A DNA stretch of 58,278 bases, filler included, from Trypethelium eluteriae (lineage: Eukaryota), in assembly GCA_051942245.1 (NCBI GenBank). It is 2 parts of 2 records of this genome, joined end to end, with 100 filler letters (N's around TTAATTAATTAA, not from the genome) between each part and the next. Parts side by side here need not be neighbours in the genome. Positions count along the whole stretch, not along the records: positions 29,244 to 58,278 come from JAVECL010000299.1; 1 more part is not named here. One strand, 5' to 3'. Under the pieces are notes generated by a model. That model saw nothing but the letters and a program-made list of their open reading frames with translations, was not told where the DNA came from and made no database searches. Below are positions 49,593-58,278 of this stretch, piece by piece. Position numbers and translations under genes: made by a program. The first letter of the stretch is position 1. Every line of letters begins with the position of its first letter.

Positions 49593-51743
49593 TTAGGACA
49601 TTCCACGTAACTTCAGAACAAAATCTTTTGCTTCTGACAATGTTGGTGTCGGAGCACACTCGCTCCACAGCTGATTATGAGTTGCCTCGTATATTAGTGC
49701 ATTGATTGACTTCCAATTCTCGTATCTCAGCTTATCCAATGGAATTCCCATAGTATTCACATCTACCGTAGAATCATCTGGCGAGTACGGGTCTGCGGTC
49801 AGGTCGTTGTATATGCTTTCGTGCTGAGATTCGTTGATTGGATGGTCGGCCCGATCATCTTGAAGAAACGTTTCTGGTAGGCGCTCAGCTAAAGGCTCTC
49901 CAGATCTAAGTCTCGTGACCAACGATTCAACTAATTTGCAAAGATCCATATTCACTCTTGCAAGCTTGCCAGTCTGTTCACGCAAAAGATAGTGTGGGTT
50001 GGGATCAACGGGCTTGTTCAGAATCTCTCGGCATTCCTCCCTGACATGATCATCAATCGGGAGTGCTTTGGAACTTCGAGAAAGTTCGTCATGACCAAAT
50101 CTCAAAAAGCCTGCCGATTGGCAAGCTCTCGCAAAACACACCCAAGCGCGTTTAGTGGAGTGAGGGGCGTCCCGGTGCAATTGTACCACTTGCTTCCAAC
50201 TTTGTTCGAGAAGATCAGCGTCTTTCAAAACTCCAGCAGAGAGCAACATAGCCCGGCAGAGGTAAAGATCCGGCTGTAAGTCATGTGAGGAGACATATTG
50301 AAGTACAGCATGTACATAGGACGATCCCAATTTCGAAGCAGTAGTGACCATGGACGATAATGTTCTGGTATCCAGCGGGATGTTGAGCTCAGAGGAAAGG
50401 TCTATAATGCTTGTTATCATAGATCCTATAGCTTCTGTAGCTTGACTGTGGTCTTGGACTTGTTGTGCATCGGTATTTTCTCCTTCCCAGATCGTGGATC
50501 CTATGGCAACACAGAGGGATGCAAGGTGCCTGGATGACAGTCGTCCACCAACTGTGATAAATGCGGTAAATGCCTCAATCATGCCTCTAGCCACCTTTTG
50601 CTTTCTCCGAATAGAATCGTAATCCGCAAATAACGGTGCAAACATCGCATTCATCTTTGAAAGTAGGATATTCAAAAGACCAGGCCCCAGATTCACTCCC
50701 ATCCGACACGCTAAAATGAAAGCGGCATATGCCTCAGGTGCTGGCCGATGGAGGATCGGGTAATGTAAGTATCGAGAAGGGAAAGGCTCAGGTGCTAATC
50801 GTAGAGCCGTATCCAGGGCCAGATATCCATTGCGCATGTCTCCATGTTGCATTCGAGCCGTATAGATTCCTTGCAATAAGGCCAAAGGAAGGTGTACAGT
50901 CGCATTTCGCTTGGCTCGATCTCCCAGAATTGCATTAGGCGCAAGGTGATATTCGGCAAAAGAGTCGGGGTGGGATCGTAGGCCTATTTGAAAGAGTTCC
51001 TCAAGCTTGTCTAAAGGATCACCTCTTTCACTCAAAAGCTCAATGAGCACTCCGTAGGTGGATGGAATGACATAACGGTCATCCTTTCCAGCGACTCCAT
51101 TCCATAGACTGATGCCCTCCTCAAATCTTCCCAATTCTTTGAAGGCGCTAAGGAGATGAATTACAGCCCATGGATGAGGAGCAAGCTGTCCAGACTTGAG
51201 ATCATGGATTACTTTAGACATGAATTCTAGCAACGATGAGAGGTCATCATCATTTTGCTTGGCCTTACGGAAGGAGTTATGGATTAGCTGAGCGATATCT
51301 TTCGTATGCCTCTTTGAAATAAGAGGCAATGCACTTCCGTACACACTCATAACCGTTCCTAAGTCCTCCGTAGCGCACGCGGCTTCAATAGCGGCATTAG
51401 AGGCAAGAACGGCTTTTTCCTGGCTTGTATCCAATTCAGGGCGAACGGTCCCATCGTACTTTACTTTCCTGTAGCGACTGCCGTTTTTGTGACGTGCCCT
51501 CAGTACGCCACCTTCATCTGAAATTGTACTGGAACCGGCCGTAGAATTTAGAACTTTGACCCTGCCATGACCACCTTGTTTGTGTCCGGGTGACGCTGTA
51601 GCTTCGGTACCATTTTTCCCAGGACTTTGTGGCTCCTCAGCGAAGGACCTCCGACTCGACGAGAATGGTTTCGCAAGGGATATCTGCTTTAGATTCTGGA
51701 GGTGGGGTCGATGCAGCTGCAGGTTGTAGAAAGCCTTCAACAT
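49593..51743 (-). CDS. Helical-repeat (PPR-like) protein, probably mitochondrial, ~716 aa
   Basis: Long single-exon ORF with a basic presequence-like N-terminus (MLKAFYNLQLHRP...FSSSRRSFA). PPR-like segments HLLSAFKELGRFEEGISLW, TYGVLIELL and TLSSMVTTASK. Function not firmly identified. Confidence 0.65.
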   Translation of the reverse strand: MLKAFYNLQLHRPHLQNLKQISLAKPFSSSRRSFAEEPQSPGKNGTEATASPGHKQGGHGRVKVLNSTAGSSTISDEGGVLRARHKNGSRYRKVKYDGTVRPELDTSQEKAVLASNAAIEAACATEDLGTVMSVYGSALPLISKRHTKDIAQLIHNSFRKAKQNDDDLSSLLEFMSKVIHDLKSGQLAPHPWAVIHLLSAFKELGRFEEGISLWNGVAGKDDRYVIPSTYGVLIELLSERGDPLDKLEELFQIGLRSHPDSFAEYHLAPNAILGDRAKRNATVHLPLALLQGIYTARMQHGDMRNGYLALDTALRLAPEPFPSRYLHYPILHRPAPEAYAAFILACRMGVNLGPGLLNILLSKMNAMFAPLFADYDSIRRKQKVARGMIEAFTAFITVGGRLSSRHLASLCVAIGSTIWEGENTDAQQVQDHSQATEAIGSMITSIIDLSSELNIPLDTRTLSSMVTTASKLGSSYVHAVLQYVSSHDLQPDLYLCRAMLLSAGVLKDADLLEQSWKQVVQLHRDAPHSTKRAWVCFARACQSAGFLRFGHDELSRSSKALPIDDHVREECREILNKPVDPNPHYLLREQTGKLARVNMDLCKLVESLVTRLRSGEPLAERLPETFLQDDRADHPINESQHESIYNDLTADPYSPDDSTVDVNTMGIPLDKLRYENWKSINALIYEATHNQLWSECAPTPTLSEAKDFVLKLRGMS

Positions 51744-52005
51744 CGACAGAGATGCTGAGACGGGGCCAGATTTGTCGAATGATATGGATGTCTTGCAGTA
51801 TCCGAGGCTCTGTAAGATACCTATTGTAACTAGGGGGAGGTGGCCGAAGCTCGTGCGGCCGAGTGGGCGAGAACTGAGACTGAGGCAACGTGCTTCTTCC
51901 CTTGACCACACATTGCTGGTACCTGGTTAAGAGTGCCAAGCTTGAGAATTTCTGGAGTTCAATCTATTACTCTTGTCCGAGCCCGGGCACTCATCCTGCA
52001 AGATC

Positions 52006-52667
52006 ATGGCTCCGAACATGTCGCTCTTCTCCGTCAATGCCATCCTAATTCTCTCCACGGACGACTCCTCCCGAGTGCTTGCAAAATATTACTCCCCTCC
52101 TCATCCTCCCGTTGGCACTGCGCCTAATTCTACCAGCTATCCAGGCGCAAATCCATACCCAAACCCAAAAGATCAGAAAGCTTTTGAGAAGGGTCTGTTA
52201 GAGAAGACCAGCAAGCAGACGAGCGACATCATTCTCTATGACAATCGGGTAGTGGTGTTCAAGATGGAGAGCGATGTCATGCTATATGTTGTAGGGGGCT
52301 CAGATGAAAATGAAATATTGCTCTACAATGTCATACTGGCTCTACGTGATTCGCTAAATATCCTCCTCAAGTAGGGCCACTCAATTCTCCATCTCACGCC
52401 TCACCATGGCTTACGTCTCATAGGAACTCTACTGACAAGCGTACGATAATCGAGAATTACGACCTAGTATCCCTCGCCATTGACGAGATCGTGGACGACG
52501 GCATCATCCTGGAAACAGATCCCGTCATTGTTGCTTCGCGAGTCAGCCGGCCGCCAGTACAGGACATCACGCAGGTAAAGGGTATTGATTTGTCGGAGCA
52601 GGGCTTGCTCAACGCATGGGCGTTTGGAAAGCAAAAATTGGAGGAGCGATTACGGCAAGGCTTATAA
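52006..52667 (+). CDS. RET3: Coatomer subunit zeta, 202 aa
   Basis: Exons 52006-52370 and 52424-52667. Motifs SLFSVNAILIL, RVLAKYY, QKAFEKGLLEKT, DKRTIIENYDLVSLAIDEIVDDGIILETDP. Confidence 0.95.
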
Positions 52668-53047
52668 GTGTCGCTTTAAGAGTTTGGCGTTATGGAGTTT
52701 GGTGGTAGAACTGGCTTGTGGCACTGTCTCCGCTGTAGGGACAAGGGATGAAAAGCTCCCGCAGCTGTGAAGGTTGACCAGATTTTCTGCCTCAAGTGTG
52801 TGGCACCCGACATTCAACTCGCAGTCTTCGAGTGCGCAAATAAGAAGGAGCGACGGTTAAATGCTATGCTCTAAGAGTATAGGTGGAGAATTATTTTTAG
52901 ACAATCATCCATTTTCTGCGATGAACCACTGCACTTGTGACGTCGACACCAACGCCGCATTTTCCTGGACCAAATACTAGTAATCATTAACATCGACCCC
53001 GCCAAACACAGATCTTTCGACAACCGCTTCGCCTCTTATCGACGATA

Positions 53048-56000
53048 ATGAAACAAAGATTCTCTTCTTTGGATGTCCAGGTATACTTTTCTTTAAATAC
53101 CAATCAGCGCAATTTTTTCTGTGGTTTCTAATGCTGCTAGGTGATTGCTCATGAGCTTTCCAATAACCTAACTTCCCTACGTCTTTCAAATGCCTACGAC
53201 CTTTCTTCTGTAAGTCCCGCTCTCTGGGAGACAGCGCCACCAGACTGACTCCTACCAAAGCGTATCTTCCTTCTCAAATTCCACAAACCCGATCATCGCG
53301 AACAACTCCTTATCGAGTCTGGTTTCCGCTGCCATCTTACCTCATTCTCCCGCACTACCGCCACCGAGCCCTCCGGCTTCATCTCTAAACTTCGCAAGTT
53401 TCTGAAGACGCGGCGTGTTACTTCAGTATCACAAATCGGCACCGACCGCATTATCGAGCTGCGGTTCTCTGATGGACAGTATCGGCTATACCTAGAGTTT
53501 TATGCTGCTGGAAATATCGTACTCACAGATGCAGAACTAAATGTGCTTGCGCTATTAAGAAATGTAAATGAGGGTGCAGAACACGAGCAAGTAAGGGTGG
53601 GGCTGAGGTACAACTTGACGTTGAGACAAAACTATGCTGGAGTGCCAGAGCTAACCCAGCAGCGTGTGAAAGAAGGCCTACAAAAGAGCATTGACAGGCA
53701 GTCGTCCGAAGAAGTATCAGGGAAGAAGGCAAAAAAAAGGAAACAAAATGTGCTACGGCAAGCACTGGCAGTGTCCCTGCCTGAGTTCCCTCCAATGCTG
53801 ATTGATCATGCGCTGCATGTCAGGAAATTTGATCCGGAGTCGAAGCCGGATGATGTTTTGAATAGTGAAGAGCGGTTGGAAGAGCTATTGAATGTCCTGA
53901 AAGAAGCTCAGAATGTCATCCAAGAAATCACAAGTCGAGAAAAGGCGAAAGGATATATTATTGGAAAGTGGAGGCAAAAAATATACGGTAAAAGAGATGA
54001 AACTGGGGATAATAATAATGAATCTGAGAGAGGAGATGTCATCTATGACGATTTTCACCCTTTCAAGCCGCAGCAATTCGCAAACGATCCAGCCACAGTA
54101 TTCTTAGAATTCGAAGGCTTCAACAACACCGTAGATGAGTTCTTCTCAAGTATCGAGGGGCAGAAACTAGAGTCACGGTTACAAGAGCGCGAGGATACAG
54201 CGAAGCGAAAAATTGATCACGCGCGGCAAGCGCACGAGCAGCGAATTCAAGGGCTTCAACAAGTGCAAGAGATGCACGTCAGAAAAGCGCAGGCCATCGA
54301 AGCAAACTTGGATCGAGTCACAGAGGCTACCGCAGCATTGAATGGACTTATTGCTCAGGGCATGGATTGGATCGAGATAGATCGTTTAATTGAGCGAGAG
54401 CGAACGCGCAATAATGCTGTGGCTCAGATGATCAAGCTTCCACTTAAGCTCCACGAAAATACTGCAGCTTTTCTTCTGGCCGAGTATGAAGATGACCTTG
54501 ATGAAGGAGGCGACATAACCGACAGCGACCCGTCGGAGAGTGATGAGGAGGATGCCAACACGAAGAAGCCTAAAACCGAAGACAGACGTCTCGCAGTTGA
54601 CATCGACCTTGCCCTTTCTGCCTGGTCCAATGCCCGTCAATACTACGACCAAAAGAAAACTGCAGCGGTCAAGGAAGAAAAGACATCTCAAGCCTCTGCC
54701 AAAGCTTTGAAGAGCACCGAGGCAAAAGTCGCCAAAGATCTCAAGCAGGGCCTCAGGCAGGAGAAAGAAGTTTTACGACCAGTCAGAAAACAATTTTGGT
54801 TCGAAAAGTTTATCTATTTTATCTCGTCAGATGGATATCTAGTGCTCGCTGGGAAAGACGCCCAGCAGAGTGAGATTCTCTATAAACGCTACCTAAAGAA
54901 AGGCGATGTCTACGTGCATGCCGATCTTGAGGGTGCCACATCCGTAATCATCCTGAACAGTGCCTCGGATCCTACTGCACCAATTTCGCCCTCAACTCTG
55001 TCTCAAGCAGGGACTTTGGCCGTGGCGACGTCCAGTGCGTGGGATTCGAAGGCGGTCATGTCCGCTTGGTGGGTGAATGCAGACCAAGTCTCGAAACTCG
55101 CATCTACAGGGGATGTGTTAGTACCGGGAATATTCCATATTAAGGGTGAGAAAAACTACTTACCACCTGCTCAACTGTTGTTGGGGTTTGCGGTGATATT
55201 CCAGATCAGTGAGGAGAGCGTCGTGAACCACCGGAGACATTGGGTACAAGATGGGGCGAGTGTCGCAGAGTCGGAGAAGAATTTGGCGAATGAGGATGGG
55301 CCTGGTGATGAGGAGACTCTTGAGAGGGTGGAGGGGGAAAGAGATGATGCCACAGAGGATGAGGATGATTTTCCGGACACGGAACCAAAGAATGAAGATG
55401 ATGATAATTTTCCCGATACGGAACTAAAGGCAGGCGGAGACGACGAAGACTTCCCAGATGCTGAACTCAAGACTCAATCCGAGGATGATGATGGAGAAGA
55501 TGATTCGAGAGCTAGGCCCGCAAACCCTCTACAAACCAACGTGCCCGAGTCCAGAGAACAAGATGCTGTTGAGGACTATATTGAAGATGAAAACAGCAGC
55601 CAGCGAGACGAGGATGCCCAGGACGCTGATGTCACTGGTGACCATGTCCATGGTCAAGACGCGCCTTCTGCAAAACGTCACCTATCGGCTCATCAGCATC
55701 GCCTCCTAAAGAAAGGCCAAATTCCCGACCATTCCACCCCTGATCTTTCTGATGCCGAATCTGAAACCACGTCTATCAATCATTCCCAGCCTAACACCAA
55801 ATCCAGTCCAGCCTCCAAACCTCTCGTCCGCGGCAAACGGGGCAAAAACAAGAAACTTACCTCTAAGTATGCCGATCAAGACGAAGAAGACCGCGAACTA
55901 GCTCTCCGAATCCTCGGCTCCAAAGCTGGCCAAGACAAAGCCCGAGAAGAAGAGGCGGCCAAACAGCAGCGCCAGAAAGAAGCGGAGGAGGCCAAACAAC

Positions 56001-56533
56001 GACGGCGTGAACAGCACGAGCGCGCACAGAAAGAGGGTCGCGAGAGAGAAGAAGCTCGAATCCGTAGGCTAGAGGAGAATGCTCTAGAAGGTGGAGCAGA
56101 AGATGAGAATGATGACGATACGGCGCGCAACCTGACGCTGCTAAATACTCTGACTCTTTCGCCGCATCCCGCGGACAGCATTCTTGCTGCTATTCCTGTG
56201 TGCGCGCCATGGTCGGCACTCGGCCGAGCTAAATACAGAATGAAGCTTCAGCCAGGCAGTGTGAAGAAAGGCAAGGCGGTGCGGGAGATTCTGGGGGGAT
56301 GGATGGCACAGGCGGCACAGAGGCGAAACATGGATGAGAAGGGAGAGGATATGGAGAAGTTCTGGCCGAAGGAGGTAGAGCTTCTGAAGGCGTGGAAGGA
56401 GGCGGAAGTCTTGGGAGTAGTACCTGTCAAGAACGTGAGGGTGATGGGGAATCAGGCGGCGTCCAAGGGCAATGCGAAGGCGGGTGGCAAAGGTGGAGGG
56501 AGGGGTGGGAGAGGCAGTAAAAGGGCGAGGTAG
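53048..56533 (+). CDS. RQC2: Ribosome quality-control subunit Rqc2/Tae2 (NEMF), ~1,124 aa
   Basis: Exons 53048-53080 (MKQRFSSLDVQ), 53141-53209 and 53261-56533. Motifs KLRKFLKTRR, LEFYAAGN, WFEKF.YFISSDGYLVLAGKD, RGKRGK, YADQDEEDR, AIPVCAPW...KLQPG..KKGKA. Confidence 0.95.
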
Positions 56534-57337
56534 TGAATGGTCGTCGGTAAGGAAATTCCTGATACTCAATGAAAAAGCTCAAACACCGTCATTGGGTGAT
56601 TGGATACTCTCGACTGCCAATAATCGTCGATAGAGAGCCTCTCGAAGCCCCTACCTCATCTGAAACCAAGTGGCTTGATTCTACACGACTGAGCCCTGTT
56701 CGCCCGAGTAAATTTCGCCTTCCTGTCCATACTGCCCGAGTAGTTTCATCTGAAGGTTTGTCTTCACAAGCCGTCCCAGGATTTCCTCAATGGACGGAGA
56801 AAGTGGTCTTCTCCTTTTCCGTTTCTCTCGTCTCCTAATCTTCGTGCGTTCTCGAGCCATTTATCCTGATGCCGAAGCTACCCCATGCAGTTAAACCTGC
56901 CATGCAGCCCCGCACTGCAGCGTCTCTTACTGGGGCTCAGCTTCGGCGACAACCGAAAATGTTTTATCTTGCAGGGTTTTTGAAGCAACCGGATGCGGCA
57001 ACGAAGGTACGAGCGGAATGCGAACCAGCCAACCATGTGGGCGTCATGACTTGTTGCAGTGTAACAGTGTTGCTTCTAAGCCTTCCTCGGCCGGAACATG
57101 TGAAGCTATGCTGCATAAGAAATAGGTACTTTAGGTATTTAATTCCTTCAATACCACGACACCGCAATTACACTGCATTCTTCCACAGTCTTATTTGACC
57201 GCTCTCATCACTATTCTTATATTGAACCCCGCCCCTGATATAGATGCTGTTGGATTAACCATTGGTTTTCTCAATGTCTTGACGTCGAGCCAATTTTTAG
57301 TCGATTTCGAGGGCCAAACCTCCGCTTCCCAACCACC

Positions 57338-58278
57338 ATGCTTGACCAAATCATCCATTACACATTTTCTCTTAATCTCCTTTTGTTCATTCTGATATCC
57401 TATCTCATTTATGGCACCATCTCCGACCGTCTGAAAAGCCGTCGGATCAGGCAACTGGGATACGAAGCACCTGAACGACCTCATTATCTTCCCTGGGGCA
57501 TTGATGTCCTATGGGATGGCATTCAGCACCTACGGAAGCAGCAAAACCTAGAGCTATGGCAGAAGATTTTTTTCAAGTGGGGGAACAAGAAGAATCCATA
57601 TACGGTGCAGACGAAGGTAGCAGGGCTGAGGATTCTATTTACAAGTGATCCAGAGAACATCAAGGTGGGTCCGCCCAGAGCATTTACCTCCTCTTTCTTC
57701 ACGCATATAGTCCCAGTCCATAATATTCGTAACTGTTCTAATTACTCTGAAACTCTTTTGGGGCGCCCCTTTCTTCTTTCCCGATAACCAGTGGACTCCT
57801 GACAATCCCGATTCTGCCCTTCATAACCCAGAAATCGAACCCTATTGGAGTATCTCTCGGACACCCTTTCGCCAATTCTGCAACATTTCACTTTTTTTTG
57901 AAGTCCAGGCTACAGTCGAAGATTTCTTGTTTGGAAGATTGTTCCATTCTGGATCCACTGTCGTTTAAATCCCATCTCGCATAACTCCATCTTTTCGAAT
58001 CAAACCGTCTCATCTCCGTCACTCTTCTGTTTCAACTCCGATATTCCTACTCCACAAAATCTCAGGACTGAATCCCTCCCAGGCCGTCCTCGCCACCCAA
58101 TTCAACGACTTCGGCAAAGGCGAGCAATTCCAACGCGAATGGGACGACTTCCTCGGCCACTCCATCTTCACCACCGACGACAAGCAATGGGCCTGGTCGC
58201 GCCAGCTCCTACGCCCCCTCTTCATCAGAGACCGCATCTCCGACCTCCACTGCTTCGAGCGCCACACCCGCGCCCTCC
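57338..58278 (+). CDS. Cytochrome P450 of the CYP52 clan (alkane/fatty-acid hydroxylase-like); 3'-truncated by window edge
   Basis: Exon 57338-57664 (N-terminal TM anchor, ...ILFTSDPENIK), 418-nt intron GTGGGT..CAG, then exon from 58083: AVLATQFNDFGKGEQF..EW..FLGHSIFTTD..QW..SRQLLRPLFIRDRISDLHCFERH. Confidence 0.88.

Noticed and set aside
57085..57090. FarA/FarB-type CCTCGG site upstream of the CYP52-clan P450
   Set aside because: Biologically plausible, but a single hexamer is expected by chance and needs conservation data.

Overview
Gene-dense window from a filamentous ascomycete (Pezizomycotina) genome with short GT-AG introns, a dispersed 5S gene and RIP-like mutations. All exon structures were rebuilt by hand from splice signals and reading-frame continuity. 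The left part holds a 5'-truncated Zrg17-like zinc transporter and a divergent siderophore pair: sidA (ornithine N5-monooxygenase) and a ~5,160-aa ferrichrome-type NRPS. The two share a promoter with three ATCWGATAA (SreA-type) sites. Next come PCM1, mitochondrial mL40, a divergent but structurally intact 5S rRNA, RHO2 and NST1, which is cut by an artificial 100-bp scaffold linker at 29144-29243. The right part holds an F-box-like ORF, class II eIF4E, a Ulp2-like SUMO protease and an accessory island. The island contains a piggyBac-like MITE relic, a PNP_UDP-NACHT-ankyrin NLR with RIP-type stops in its repeats, and a decayed HeLo-like N-terminal domain just upstream. TIM22, an FAD monooxygenase, a PPR-like protein, RET3, RQC2 and a 3'-truncated CYP52-clan P450 follow. 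The best novelty candidate is a ~155-nt structured, Pol III-like RNA at 30913-31067 that I could not assign to a known class. It carries a hairpin resembling the RNase P/MRP P3 domain but lacks their catalytic motifs. No database searches were possible, so family calls rest on recognised motifs.
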